Positions 19,386 to 30,871 of a stretch of 64,000 nucleotides of DNA are shown here, in pieces. Origin of the DNA: Nitrospirota bacterium (GTDB lineage Bacteria; Nitrospirota; UBA9217); assembly GCA_963754875.1 (NCBI GenBank), contig CAVWHO010000021.1, positions 190,284 to 254,283 on the forward strand, in the 5' to 3' direction. Numbering within the stretch: the stretch's first letter is position 1; each line of letters opens with the position of its first letter. The notes beneath the pieces were generated by a model. It saw only the letters and a program-made list of their open reading frames with translations, did no database searches and was not told the origin of the DNA. The position numbers and the translations under genes were made by a program.

Positions 19386-20864
19386 TTATGCGTTGCCGTT
19401 CTGCGGGTACGGTAAAATGATGGTAAAGTTCGCTCCCTTTCCGAAAGAGCTCATCACGCTGATCTCGCCGCCGTGCTGTTCGATGATCCTCTGGGTGATA
19501 GAAAGGCCGAGGCCCGTCCCCTGCTGCCGTGTCGTAAAAAATGGGTTGAAGATCCTGCTCAAATTCTCGGAGGAAATGCCCTTTCCCGTATCGGAGAAAA
19601 TGATCTCAACAGATCCCGAATTTTCTCCGCCCGGCTTCATCGCTTTCGTCTCGACCGAGAACTTTCCACCTTCCGGCATCGCTTGAATTGCATTCAACGC
19701 GATGTTGATCAGCGCCTGCTGCATCAGGTCCGGATCGAGCGTCAACCACGGCAATCCCGGCGACAGCCGCCGGTCAGCTACGATGGAGTTCTTGGCGAAT
19801 TGCGGCGCGAGAAAATCGAGCAGTTTGCTGAGCAGCTCGTTGATGTCCACGAGCGTCATCTTCGGCTCCGGAGGCCTGGCAAAAGACAGCAGGTTCCGCA
19901 CGGCCTTGTCCATGCGCTCAACCTGAGAGAGCACCTCATCCAGCACGACCCGTTTCTGATCGCCGACTGCCTGGTCTTTTTTGAGCACCTGGATCACGCC
20001 TGCGATGCCGGCCAGCGGGTTCTTGATCTCATGAGCTATGCCGGCGGCCATCTCTCCGATGGAGGCGAGCCGGTCGGCGCGTTTCATCTGCTCATAATGA
20101 TACCGCTCCACCCGTCTGCGCGCCCGCTCCAGCTTCGTCAGGAGCGAATTAAAAGCTTCGCCGAGCCTGCCGATATCGTCCGAGCTCTTTACTTCCACCC
20201 GTGCCTCAAGTCCTCGTTCTGCACGTTCCATGGTGGTGATCAGCTCCTGTATCGGATCGGAAACAAAGCGGGTCAGGAAGAGCGAAAGGGACACGGCCAG
20301 GATTGCGGTGATTCCGACTGCCCAAAAAAACATCGTCTTGCTGTACTCGTCCAAATCCTTTTGTGCGTGTGCCATGGTCACGTCAACGGCAAGCACTCCG
20401 TTCAGTTTGACTTTCGAGCCGTGGCAGTGAAAGCAGCGTTCCTCGTTCACAATGGGAAACAGTACGGTGAAGGTACCCCCGCCCTCGCGTTTGATCGGTT
20501 TCTTGAATTCCTCGTTGAGAAACCATTTCTCAACGACGGGGTCCACTTTTCTCCCCATCTTCCACCGGTGGGACGATTTCAGAACGACCCCGTGCGGGCT
20601 GAAGATCTTTACTTCCTCGATATTGTGGTACGCACCCACGGCTTCGAGAATGCTCTGGACTTCCTTGCTCTTGCCGGAAATCATGGCATTGGAAAGGCTC
20701 CGCTCGATCGTGTTTGAAATAATGAGCGCGTTATCTTCGAGCGAATGCTCTATCTGCGCGCGCTGATACCCGATGTTGATCCAGGTACCGAGACCGATAG
20801 TCACCGCTAGAATGGCAGAGACAGCGATGATGATCTTGCTCTTGAGGCTCGAGACTATTCTCAC
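19386..20864 (-). CDS. Sensor histidine kinase (periplasmic CxxCH, HAMP)
   Basis: Two TM segments, CFHCH, AHEIKNPL, FNPFFTT, GTGLGL. Confidence 0.93.
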   Translation of the reverse strand: MRIVSSLKSKIIIAVSAILAVTIGLGTWINIGYQRAQIEHSLEDNALIISNTIERSLSNAMISGKSKEVQSILEAVGAYHNIEEVKIFSPHGVVLKSSHRWKMGRKVDPVVEKWFLNEEFKKPIKREGGGTFTVLFPIVNEERCFHCHGSKVKLNGVLAVDVTMAHAQKDLDEYSKTMFFWAVGITAILAVSLSLFLTRFVSDPIQELITTMERAERGLEARVEVKSSDDIGRLGEAFNSLLTKLERARRRVERYHYEQMKRADRLASIGEMAAGIAHEIKNPLAGIAGVIQVLKKDQAVGDQKRVVLDEVLSQVERMDKAVRNLLSFARPPEPKMTLVDINELLSKLLDFLAPQFAKNSIVADRRLSPGLPWLTLDPDLMQQALINIALNAIQAMPEGGKFSVETKAMKPGGENSGSVEIIFSDTGKGISSENLSRIFNPFFTTRQQGTGLGLSITQRIIEQHGGEISVMSSFGKGANFTIILPYPQNGNA

Positions 20865-21799
20865 CGAACGTTCACCTTCCCGATAAGCTCGCGTATACGG
20901 CCGACACCTTGTTCAACCAGGAAACGCTCCATTCCTTCCAGCACGTCGAGCGTGGCCCGAGGATTTACAAAATTCGCCGTACCCACGGCTACTGCCGAGG
21001 CCCCTGCAAGGATGAATTCGAGGGCATCGTCTCCCGTCACGATACCGCCCATGCCGATGATTGGAAGGGGTACAGCCTTTGCGGCCTGCCAAACCATGCG
21101 GACCGCCACGGGCCTGATCGCCGGACCGGACAGACCGCCGGTGCAGTTTGCAAGCCGCGGCCTCCGGCACCGGACGTCGATCGCCATGCCGAGCAGTGTA
21201 TTGATAAGCGAAAGCCCGTTGCACCCGGCATCCCGGGCAGCCTTGGCAAACTCCGTCACGTCAGTTACGTTCGGCGAAAGTTTGGCGATAAGCGGCAACT
21301 TCGTTACTTTTCGGATTGCTGAAAGCAGTTCAAAGGTGACCTTCACGTCCGTTCCGAACGCCATGCCTCCTGCTTTCACATTCGGACACGAGATATTCAC
21401 TTCAATGCCCGATACTCCCTGCACTCCTTCAAGGCGCTCTGCAACTTGAACGTATTCGTCCAGGCTGTAGCCGAACATGTTCACGATTACTGCGGTATCG
21501 AACTTTCTCAAATAGGGAAGTTTTTCCCTCAGAAATACTTCCACGCCCGGATTTTCGAGTCCAATGGCGTTCAACATGCCTGATGGCGTTTCCCATATGC
21601 GCGGCGGCGGGTTGCCCTTGATCGGGTTCAACGAGATGCCCTTCACGATCACGCCCCCGAGCTTGTTCAGGTCAACGAACTCGGCAAACTCCTCGCCGTA
21701 TCCGAAAGTCCCGGACGCTGTGAGAACGGGGTTCCTGAGCTTGATCCCGGCGAAGTCGACCGACAGATCGGGCTTCGTTTTTATTTTTGTCCTTGGCAT
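20861..21799 (-). CDS. pyrD: Dihydroorotate dehydrogenase 1B catalytic subunit
   Basis: ASGTFG, NAIGLENPG, NISCPN, KLSPNV, GGLSG. Confidence 0.95.
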   Translation of the reverse strand: MPRTKIKTKPDLSVDFAGIKLRNPVLTASGTFGYGEEFAEFVDLNKLGGVIVKGISLNPIKGNPPPRIWETPSGMLNAIGLENPGVEVFLREKLPYLRKFDTAVIVNMFGYSLDEYVQVAERLEGVQGVSGIEVNISCPNVKAGGMAFGTDVKVTFELLSAIRKVTKLPLIAKLSPNVTDVTEFAKAARDAGCNGLSLINTLLGMAIDVRCRRPRLANCTGGLSGPAIRPVAVRMVWQAAKAVPLPIIGMGGIVTGDDALEFILAGASAVAVGTANFVNPRATLDVLEGMERFLVEQGVGRIRELIGKVNVR

Positions 21800-21829
21800 A
21801 ATAAATAAAAACCAAATTCTAGAACGTTC

Positions 21830-22026
21830 ACCGCAAAGGCGCGAAGAGCGCGAAGGAGACCAGAATCAATCACATCTAATATAAAACCGAACCACAGTTG
21901 TTGAAGATTAAAAATATTTTTTAATCTTTTTAACCCTTGCGTCCACCCCGCGCTGGCGCAACCGCTGGGTGCTAGGACCCTAAACGCCGCTCGGTTTAGC
22001 GGCAGGGCTTCGCACCTTCGCGGTTC
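21830..22026. repeat. Long-range intergenic inverted repeat
   Basis: ACCGCAAAGGCGCGAAG (21830) pairs with CTTCGCACCTTCGCGGT (about 22008-22026). Confidence 0.6.
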
Positions 22027-22033
22027 AACGCGT

Positions 22034-22882
22034 TCATGATTTTCGATGCGGTACCGGCAACACGACGCGTTCACTCCAGTCGATCTCCTGCGCGTCGAAC
22101 ACCGGGCCTTCCTTGCATGCCCGCTTGTACCCGCCTGCCTTCATCGGGATCGAGCAGCCCATACAGGCGCCAAGACCGCAGGCCATGCGCTCTTCCATCG
22201 ACACATAACAGGGGATCACATGCTCGGCCGCGATTCTGCCCACTGCCGCGAGCATGGCGTGAGGACCACAGGCGCAGAGGATAAGATCAGCCTTCTGCTC
22301 CATTTTGGTCAGAAACGCATTCAGGATATCCGTGGTCATCCCTTTGGTTCCCCTGCTTCCATCCTCGGTCGCAATGTGAACCCTGGTACAAGTGTCCCTA
22401 AAATTCTTCAGAATGCCTGCAGGGGGAAGGCATTCCTTGTCCCGGGAGCCGAGGAACAGATGGGAACTGCATCCTACACGCTGCGCCAGAAAATGCAGAG
22501 GAGGAAAACCGCTCCCTCCGGCAACCATGACGAGCGTCGCCTGCTTGTCCGGCAGGGGGAAACCTTTTCCGAGCGGACCGAGCACGCCAAGCTGCTCTCC
22601 CGCTTTTCTCCTGGTCAGCAGAGTTGTGCCCCTGCCGACAACCCGATAGAGGATCTCGATGGATGATTTTGTAGGGACGGAAGAGATGCCGAACGGACGG
22701 GCAAGGAGCGGATCAAGATTTTCCGACACTCTGAGCATTACGAACTGACCGGGAAGCGCTGTTGATGCAATCTCCGGCGCCTTGAGCACGATGCGATAGT
22801 ATCCCCTGCCTGCCGATTTATGGGAAAGTATGGTCGCCTCGTGCAGCCTATTCAAGGGCAATCTCGATCTCCTGTATTTCAT
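22034..22882 (-). CDS. pyrK: Dihydroorotate dehydrogenase electron-transfer subunit
   Basis: [27 protein letters not shown]...CKEGPVF. Confidence 0.93.
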   Translation of the reverse strand: MKYRRSRLPLNRLHEATILSHKSAGRGYYRIVLKAPEIASTALPGQFVMLRVSENLDPLLARPFGISSVPTKSSIEILYRVVGRGTTLLTRRKAGEQLGVLGPLGKGFPLPDKQATLVMVAGGSGFPPLHFLAQRVGCSSHLFLGSRDKECLPPAGILKNFRDTCTRVHIATEDGSRGTKGMTTDILNAFLTKMEQKADLILCACGPHAMLAAVGRIAAEHVIPCYVSMEERMACGLGACMGCSIPMKAGGYKRACKEGPVFDAQEIDWSERVVLPVPHRKS

Positions 22883-23332
22883 ATTCCACGGTCTTTGACG
22901 GGGTCTTGATCGTGACCACGTCGCCGACCTTGTGACCGATGAGCGCCTTGCCCACGGGAGATTGTATCGATATCTTCCCTTTTTTGAGGTCCGCCTCTTC
23001 CTGTCCCACGAGCATGTACTTTTTCGATATCGCCGGAGTCAGTGTCAGCGAGCGTCACGGTTGCACCGAACACGACCTTTTCATTCGTCAGCTTCGAGAC
23101 ATCGATGATCTGGGCAGTTCGCGAGTTTGTGCTCCAATTCGCGTTTTTTGGCGTCGAGATGCCCCTGGCGTTCCTTGGCAGCGTGGTACTCGGCATTTTC
23201 CGACAGATCGCCGTGCGCCCGCGCTTCTTCGATGTCCCTGATGTTTTTCCCCCGTTCAACTTTGACGATGTGGTCGAGCTCAGCCTTGAGCTTCTCGTAG
23301 CCTTCTTTGGTCATGGGTATTTTCTGCGTCAT
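22848..23332 (-). CDS. greA: Transcription elongation factor GreA (frameshifted)
   Basis: [29 protein letters not shown] spread across frames. Confidence 0.9.
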
Positions 23333-26300
23333 GATGTATGATACTCCTGAATAGACTTGACTTGCATGGGATTTGCCTTTATCGCCGAGATGCCGTGCAC
23401 CGCGGCCTTTGCAGCTGAAATCGTCGTAAAATAGGGGATGCCTTTGACCAGCGTGGTTCTCCGTATCGAGTAGGAATCCTTCTGCGACTGGGCGCCGTAC
23501 ACCGTATTGATCACGAGGTCGATCTTCATGTCCGTTATCTGGTCCACGATGTGCGGCCGTCCCTCGGTCACCTTGTTCACGGTCTCGACGGTGATGCCCC
23601 GTTTCCTGAGATAATCGGCGGTGCCCCGCGTGGCCACGATCTGGAACCCTGCTTTTTCGAGTCCCTGCGCCACTTCAAGCACGCCCGCCTTGTCCTTGTC
23701 CTTCACGCTCAGGAAGACCCGTCCCGACACGGGCATGGGGTTGCCCGCAGCCATCTGGGACTTTGCAAAGGACATGCCGAAGTCCATGTCGATGCCCATC
23801 ACCTCGCCGGTGGACTTCATCTCCGGTCCGAGCAGCGTGTCCACGCCCGGAAACTTGGCAAAGGGAAAGACCGCTTCCTTGACCGCGATATGCTTGATCG
23901 TGACCGGCTTGGTGAAACCGAGTTCAGTGAGCGTCTTGCCGGCCATGACCCGCGCAGCCAGCTTGGCCACGGGACGCCGATGGCTTTGCTCACAAAAGGC
24001 ACGGTCCGGGATGCCCGGGGGTTGACCTCAAGCACATAGATCCTGCCTTCTTTTACCGCGAACTGGATGTTCATGAGACCGACCACACCGAGTTCAAGGG
24101 CAAGCGCCTTGGCCTGACGGTCGATTTCCTCGATGATGTTCCGGGAAAGCGAGAACGGCGGGAGCGAACATGCCGAGTCGCCGGAATGTACGCCGGCTTC
24201 TTCGATATGCTCCATGATGCCGGCAACGACGACCATCTTCCCGTCGGAGATCGCGTCCACATCGATCTCGATGGCGTCTTCAAGATACTTATCGACGAGG
24301 ACCGGCCGTTCGGGCGACGCCTTTACCGCCCGGGTCATATAGTTCCGGACGCTGTCTTCGTCGTACACGATCTCCATGGCCCTCCCGCCGAGCACATAGG
24401 AAGGACGGACCATGACGGGATACCCGATGCGGTTCGCGGCGTCCACTGCCTCGTCGCAGGACACTGCCGTGCCGCTTTCCGCCTGGAGGAGACCCAGTTT
24501 GTCGAGCAGTTCCTTGAACCGCTTCCGGTCTTCGGCCCGGTCGATGCTGTCCGGCGTCGTGCCGAGGATCTGCACCCCTTCTTTCTCCAGCGGCACGGCG
24601 AGTTTGAGCGGCGTCTGGCCGCCGAACTGCACGATCACGCCCATGGGTTTTTCCCGATGTATAATATGTAAAACATCTTCCAGTGTCAAGGGTTCAAAGT
24701 ACAGGCGGTCCGAAGTATCATAGTCCGTGCTCACGGTCTCGGGGTTGCAGTTCACCATGATCGTTTCATAGCCGTCCTCCTTGAGTGCAAAGGCAGCATG
24801 GACGCAGCAGTAATCGAACTCGATGCCCTGCCCGATCCTGTTCGGACCTCCGCCGAGGATCACGATTTTCTTCCGATCGGTCGGATTCGCCTCGCACTCG
24901 GCTTTCCCCGGCCCCCTGCCCCCGGTCTCCTGAATTTTATAGAACGGCTTTTCAAAGGTCGAATACAGGTACGGCGTATGGGCCTCGAACTCGGCTGCAC
25001 AGGTATCCACGGTCTTGAACACCGGCAGGATGCCGAGATCATAGCGTGTTTTTCGAACCGCATCTTCGGTGGTCGTAAACAATCTGGCCAGTCTTCGGTC
25101 GGAGAAGCCGTATTCCTTTGCCCGTCGTAACGGATGATCAAGCGAAGCAGATTTATCGTTCAAGATGCTCGCCCCGTTGTCCTGCAGCTCTTTCTCAAGG
25201 TCTGTGATCTGCTTGACCTGGTGCAGGAACCAGGGATCGATCTTCGAGAGGTTGTAAACTTCGTCCACGCCCATGCCGAGCCGGAAGCCGTCAGCGATAT
25301 ACCAGATCCGTTCCCAGTTCGGGACACTGATCTTCTGTCGGATCTCGTCTATGCCATGCTCAACGTCGCCGTCCCGGTCGCGGCGCGATTCAAGACCATA
25401 GCGGTCGATCTCGAGCGAACGAAGCGCCTTCTGGAGTGATTCCTTGAACGTCCTGCCGATGGACATGGCCTCGCCCACGGACTTCATCTGTGTCGTGAGC
25501 GTGGCATCGGCTTGCGGAAATTTTTCAAAAGCAAAGCGCGGAAATTTGGTGACCACATAATCGATGGTCGGCTCGAACGAGGCGGGAGTCGCCTTGGTGA
25601 TATCGTTCGTGATCTCGTCGAGCGTAAACCCTACAGCCAGCTTGGCGGCGATCTTGGCAATGGCAAAACCCGTGGCCTTGGACGCCAGGGCCGAGCTCCG
25701 GGAAACACGCGGATTCATCTCGATAATGACCATCCTGCCGTTGTCCGGGTTGATGCCGAACTGGATGTTCGACCCGCCCGTGTCCACGCCGATCTCACGG
25801 ATAATCTTGAGCGACGCGTCGCGCATGAGCTGGTACTCCTTGTCGCTCAGCGTCTGAGCAGGGGCAACGGTGATGCTGTCGCCGGTATGGATGCCCATGG
25901 GGTCGAAGTTCTCGATGGAGCATACGATCACCACATTGTCCTTGGTGTCGCGCATCACTTCGAGTTCAAACTCCTTCCAGCCTACGACCGACTCTTCAAC
26001 CAATACCTGATGGACCGGGCTCGCTTCAAGACCGCGCGTGATCAGTTCCGTGAATTCCTCGCGGTTGTAAGCAATGCCGCCGCCGGTCCCTCCGAGCGTG
26101 AATGCCGGGCGAAGGATCGCCGGGAATCCGACCGTTTCGAGGATATCGTACGCCTGGTCCAGGCTCGTGGCGAAGCCGCTCTTCGGCACCTCAAGGCCGA
26201 TGTGCTCCATGGCCTTCTTGAACAGCTCGCGGTCTTCGGCTTTTTTGATCGCCGGAGCTTGGCGCCGATAAGCTCCACGTGGTACTTCTCGAGCACTCCC

Positions 26301-26614
26301 ATTTCAGCAAGCGCCACCGCCGTGTTCAGCGCAGTCTGGCCGCCCATGGTCGGAAGCAAAGCATCAGGACGCTCGCGCTCGATGATCTTTGCGACCACTG
26401 CAGCTGTGATCGGTTCGATATAGGTGCGATGGGCCATTTCCGGATCGGTCATGATCGTTGCCGGGTTCGAGTTGACGAGCACGATCTGGTAGCCTTCTTC
26501 TTTGAGAGCTTTGCAGGCCTGCACGCCGGAGTAGTCGAACTCGCAGGCCTGTCCGATCACGATCGGCCCAGCACCGATGATCATGATTTTTTTGATATCT
26601 GTGCGTTTCGGCAT
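23329..26614 (-). CDS. carB: Carbamoyl-phosphate synthase large subunit (two frameshifts)
   Basis: [10 protein letters not shown]...[27 protein letters not shown] domain; three overlapping ORFs. Confidence 0.95.
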
Positions 26615-26711
26615 TTATCCCTTCCTCACACCACGAACTCTGAACTCTGCCTACACCCAGCGCCTATGAGTGCTTAGCGCGAATGCAGGGTGTACTTTGT
26701 ACCCAAAACTA

Positions 26712-27617
26712 TTATTCCAGTTCCTGCACCCACCCGTTCTCCAGCCCGTACGACTGCATGATCCGATACGCCTCGTCATACTCTTCCTCGGTGATCCTGC
26801 GCGACAGTTCCTTGATATCGTGCGCTTTGTATGCCGGGAAGTACTGGGACATGAGGCTGATGTAGACGTCCTTCGAAATTTCTTCGGCAAGGAACTTCAT
26901 GACGCCCCCCGTACCCGAGAGATGGTTGGGCAGGATAAGGTGACGTGCAATGAGCCCTCGTTTTGCCATGCCCTTTTCATCGAGCACCAGGTTGCCGACC
27001 TGGCGAAACATCTCTTTCACCGCTGCCTGATTGACGGCCCAATAGTGAGGCGCGATAGAGAAGCGCATTGCAGACCGGTCGTCCGAGTACCGCATGTCCG
27101 TCAGGTAAATATCTACGATACCGTCGAGCAGTCTCAAGGCCTCAACCGATTCGTAGCCGCTCGAGTTGTACACGAGGGGCAGATTGAAGCCGCGTTCCCC
27201 GGCGATTCCGAGTGCCTTGAGGATCTGGGGCATGAAGTGCGTTGGCGTCACGAGATTCAGATTATGGCAGCCCTGTTCCTGAAGCCACAACATCTGGCAG
27301 GCCAGTTCAGCCGGAGTCCGCTCCGCGCCATTGCCCATCTGGCTGATCGGGTAATTCTGGCAGTACACACACTTCAGATTGCAGTTCGTGAAAAAGATCG
27401 TACCCGACCCCCGGGTGCCCGAGAGCGGCGGTTCTTCACCATGATGCGCGCTTGCGCTCGAGACCACCGGGTTCAAACCGGACCGGCAGAAACCGAGTTT
27501 GTCATTCTTTAATCGGTTCACCCCGCACTCGCGGGGGCAGGCGCGGCAGGCTTCGAGGAGCTGATAGGCCGCCTCGATCCGGCTTTGTAATTCAGTTTCC
27601 GAAATCATTGAAACCAT
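26712..27617 (-). CDS. Radical SAM protein (PflX-like)
   Basis: CRACPRECGVNR, HHGEEP, CNLKCVYCQN. Confidence 0.88.
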   Translation of the reverse strand: MVSMISETELQSRIEAAYQLLEACRACPRECGVNRLKNDKLGFCRSGLNPVVSSASAHHGEEPPLSGTRGSGTIFFTNCNLKCVYCQNYPISQMGNGAERTPAELACQMLWLQEQGCHNLNLVTPTHFMPQILKALGIAGERGFNLPLVYNSSGYESVEALRLLDGIVDIYLTDMRYSDDRSAMRFSIAPHYWAVNQAAVKEMFRQVGNLVLDEKGMAKRGLIARHLILPNHLSGTGGVMKFLAEEISKDVYISLMSQYFPAYKAHDIKELSRRITEEEYDEAYRIMQSYGLENGWVQELE

Positions 27618-27641
27618 AATACATCGACGTCGCTTCCAGTC

Positions 27642-27733
27642 CGTCATTCCCGAATGATTCTATCGGGAATCCAGTGTCTTCATCTCTCAGTAATATTCTA
27701 AGCGACTGGATTCCCGCTTTCGCGGGAATGACG
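27642..27733. repeat. Paired palindromic repeat of the ATTCCC-Nn-GGGAAT (dRS3/RPE-like) type
   Basis: CGTCATTCCCG...CGGGAATCCAG and the inverted CTGGATTCCCGCTTTCGCGGGAATGACG. Confidence 0.75.
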
Positions 27734-28882
27734 ACTCGAAGTTTTTCGTGTCTCCATGGTTAATTCTTTATGTTTCTCCATCATATCAATAAATCTCTGG
27801 AACAAATACCTGCTGTCGTGCGGCCCCGGCGACGCCTCGGGATGATACTGGACCGAGAAGGCCGGAAGCGTCTTGTGCTGGAACCCCTCGCAGGTCCGGT
27901 CGTTCAGGTTCATGTGCGTCATCACGACCTGGTCTTTCACCGTCTCCATATCAACGGCGAACCCGTGGTTCTCAGCCGCGATCTCTACCTTCCGCGTGGT
28001 AAGATCCATGATCGGCTGGTTGCCGCCGTGGTGTCCGAACTTGAGTTTGTAGGTCTTCCCGCCGAGCGCAAGCCCCAGGAGTTGCTGGCCCAGGCAGATC
28101 CCGAAGACGGGCTTCTTCCCGAGCAACTTCCTGATGTTCTCGATGGCATAGGTAACGGGATCGGGATCGCCGGGCCCATTCGACAGGAAAACGCCGTCAG
28201 GGTTCATGGCGAGGACTTTCTCGGCAGACAGGGTCGCGGGCACCACGGTCACGTCGCAGCCTGCCTGGGTCAGAAGACGCAGGATGTTCCGCTTGATGCC
28301 GTAATCATAAGCCACGACCTTGTAGCGCGACTTTGGCTTCTTCGCATACCCGGTGGCGATGTCCCAATCTCCCTGTTCCCAGGTATAGGGCTCCTTGCAG
28401 GTCACGTCCTTTGCGAGATCGAGGCCGCTCATCTTCGGGAGCGCCTGTGCCTTGGCAACCAGGCTCTCCGGATTTCCGTCTTTGGTCGAAATCACTCCCG
28501 GTTGCGCGCCGAAGTCGCGGAGATGGCGTGTCAGCGCCCGTGTATCGATCCCCTGAATCCCCACGATGCCGTTCTCCTGCAGGTAGAGCCGGAGGGATTT
28601 CTTTGAACGCCAATTGCTCGGGATATCGAGACCCTCTTTTACGATGAACCCTTCGACATAGGGTTTAACGGACTCGACATCTTCTTCATTCACGCCGTAG
28701 TTCCCGATCTGGGGGTAGGTCATCGTCACGATCTGGCCTTTATACGAGGGATCGGTCAGGATCTCCTGGTAACCGGTCATGCTCGTATTGAACACGATCT
28801 CTCCGGATGTCTCGCCTTCCGCTCCGAAGGAGTGTCCTTCGAACACCAAACCGTCAGCCAATGCAAGAATCGCTTTTTTCAT
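27698..28882 (-). CDS. carA: Carbamoyl-phosphate synthase small subunit
   Basis: [32 protein letters not shown]. Confidence 0.96.
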   Translation of the reverse strand: MKKAILALADGLVFEGHSFGAEGETSGEIVFNTSMTGYQEILTDPSYKGQIVTMTYPQIGNYGVNEEDVESVKPYVEGFIVKEGLDIPSNWRSKKSLRLYLQENGIVGIQGIDTRALTRHLRDFGAQPGVISTKDGNPESLVAKAQALPKMSGLDLAKDVTCKEPYTWEQGDWDIATGYAKKPKSRYKVVAYDYGIKRNILRLLTQAGCDVTVVPATLSAEKVLAMNPDGVFLSNGPGDPDPVTYAIENIRKLLGKKPVFGICLGQQLLGLALGGKTYKLKFGHHGGNQPIMDLTTRKVEIAAENHGFAVDMETVKDQVVMTHMNLNDRTCEGFQHKTLPAFSVQYHPEASPGPHDSRYLFQRFIDMMEKHKELTMETRKTSSRHSRESGNPVA

Positions 28883-28924
28883 TTCCGTCCTTCCAATCCG
28901 AAATCTTCGATCCTACATCCGTAA

Positions 28925-29791
28925 TCAGAACCTGTCCCGAACCCCGCCGTTACTGTCGATTACTTCGCCCCGCACGTTATCACCGTCAACAGTCACCACG
29001 ATGAAGTGATAAAACCCTCCGCTGTTCTCATCGGCGTACAGGGGGGCGCCGCCCCCGCCGGTGATGATGTGGATGATGCCGTCTACCGTCTTTCGATGGT
29101 AGAGGTGTTCATGCCCGGCGAACACGACGTCTACCCCGTCTTTCACGAAGAGCGCTTCCAGCCTGTCCCGCTCCATCGTAAGCTCATCGTCGCCATTTCC
29201 TTCACCTTGTTCTGTTCTTAATACGGGATAGAGGGGGTGGTGAAGAAACACAAATTTGTGTTTCTGTTCCGCATGCACGAGCACTCCTTCGAGCCATGCG
29301 TATTGATCGCCGGTGACGCGCTCCTCCTGATCAGGAAGAGAAGTATCGAGCACGATAAAAAGTGAGTTCCCCGCCGTGAAAGAGTAGTACAACTCTTTTC
29401 CGGGCAGATGGACTTGTTCTTTATAGATCTTTTCACTCTCCGGGACCCTCGTGCTCACATCGTGATTGCCGACGGTCAGGTAGTATGGGACCGAAATGGG
29501 CCTGGACATCTCCCAGAAGGTGCTCCACTCTGTTAAATCTCCCGGTGTCTTTATCACATCTCCCACATTGACGATAAAATCAGGATTCCGCTTTATTGCC
29601 ATGGACACAATCCTGCGATATATATCATCGCCGGAGCGGTTGTCGCCGAGCACGACAAACCTCAAATGATTCTGCTGGCCTTGCTCTGCAACCTGCTTTT
29701 GCCCGACCTGGCGGGTCGTTAGAGCACAGGACGAAACAGTCATCAGCAGGAACGACAATATCAACAACAACCATTTTTTCGACATGCTCAC
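28925..29791 (-). CDS. Exported metallophosphoesterase (possible lipoprotein)
   Basis: Signal ending VSSC; GDNR, GD, GNHD, GHEH. Confidence 0.85.
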   Translation of the reverse strand: MSMSKKWLLLILSFLLMTVSSCALTTRQVGQKQVAEQGQQNHLRFVVLGDNRSGDDIYRRIVSMAIKRNPDFIVNVGDVIKTPGDLTEWSTFWEMSRPISVPYYLTVGNHDVSTRVPESEKIYKEQVHLPGKELYYSFTAGNSLFIVLDTSLPDQEERVTGDQYAWLEGVLVHAEQKHKFVFLHHPLYPVLRTEQGEGNGDDELTMERDRLEALFVKDGVDVVFAGHEHLYHRKTVDGIIHIITGGGGAPLYADENSGGFYHFIVVTVDGDNVRGEVIDSNGGVRDRF

Positions 29792-29986
29792 TGTATCTCA
29801 ACCCCCCATGTCAACGAGTGCCATCCGGTCTCAGCAGGCTTCCCGTATCGGTCATCTGCCTTCCGCATTACAGCCTTCTACCTGCAATCGTCTGAATTGC
29901 TTTTCCCTTGAGGCACGTATGCCTCACGAACTTGCAAACCTGACTCTCTTTCCCGGTGCCTTCTGCATCATCAGCGGTGAACCATT

Positions 29987-30871
29987 CTAAAAAGTGTCTC
30001 GTATCTTCCCCTGCAGGTCTACTACTTCACCACTCACCCTGTCGTTATCAACAGTCACCACGATAAAGTGGTTAAATGCGCCGTCCTCATCCTTCCCGTA
30101 CAGCGGAGCTCCTCCGCCGCCGGTTATGATATGCGTGATGCCATCGACGGTTTTTCGTTGATAAAAATGTTCGTGGCCGCAGAAAACGGCATCGACCTTT
30201 GATTTCACGAAGAGCGCTTCCAGCCAGTCCCGGTCCTCTGGATACAGATCCAGGCTGACGCCTGAATGTACTCCTTTTCCCGGAACGGTATAAAGCGGGT
30301 GATGAACAAAGACGAATTTGTGCTTATAGTCGGATATTGCCAGGACATCTTCGAGCCATTTGAGTTGTTCACCAATGACCCTTTTTTCCTGATCATCGAT
30401 AAAAGAGTCGAGCACGATGAACAGCGAATTTCCTGCTGTAAAAGAATAATAAAGCTCGTTCCCGGGAAGGTCCACTTCCTGTTTGTACACCTTCTCGCTG
30501 AACGGCACCTTGGAATAAACATCATGGTTGCCGACGGTCAGGAAATAGGGCACCGTTATCGGTTTTGACATTTTCCAGAACTTCGCCCAGTCTTTTTTAT
30601 TTCCCGGAGTTGCGATCATGTCGCCAGTATTGACGACGAAAACAGGCTTACGTTCCATTGCCATGACAACAAGCTTCCTATATATATCATCGCCGGAGCG
30701 GTTATCGCCGATTACGACGAAGGTGAATTTGCCCTGCGGCTTCCCCAGGTCGGCGAGTTTCCGGACAATATGCTGGTCTTGGGCAGCGAAGACGGTCCCG
30801 GCCGCGGACAAGATCAGAAAGAGAAGCGCAATAATTTTTCCCTTTCGTATTCCGCGTCCCCCATCCCGCAT
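29987..30871 (-). CDS. Exported metallophosphoesterase, paralog of the adjacent gene
   Basis: Signal peptide; same motifs; TAATG overlap with pyrC. Confidence 0.85.
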   Translation of the reverse strand: MRDGGRGIRKGKIIALLFLILSAAGTVFAAQDQHIVRKLADLGKPQGKFTFVVIGDNRSGDDIYRKLVVMAMERKPVFVVNTGDMIATPGNKKDWAKFWKMSKPITVPYFLTVGNHDVYSKVPFSEKVYKQEVDLPGNELYYSFTAGNSLFIVLDSFIDDQEKRVIGEQLKWLEDVLAISDYKHKFVFVHHPLYTVPGKGVHSGVSLDLYPEDRDWLEALFVKSKVDAVFCGHEHFYQRKTVDGITHIITGGGGAPLYGKDEDGAFNHFIVVTVDNDRVSGEVVDLQGKIRDTF

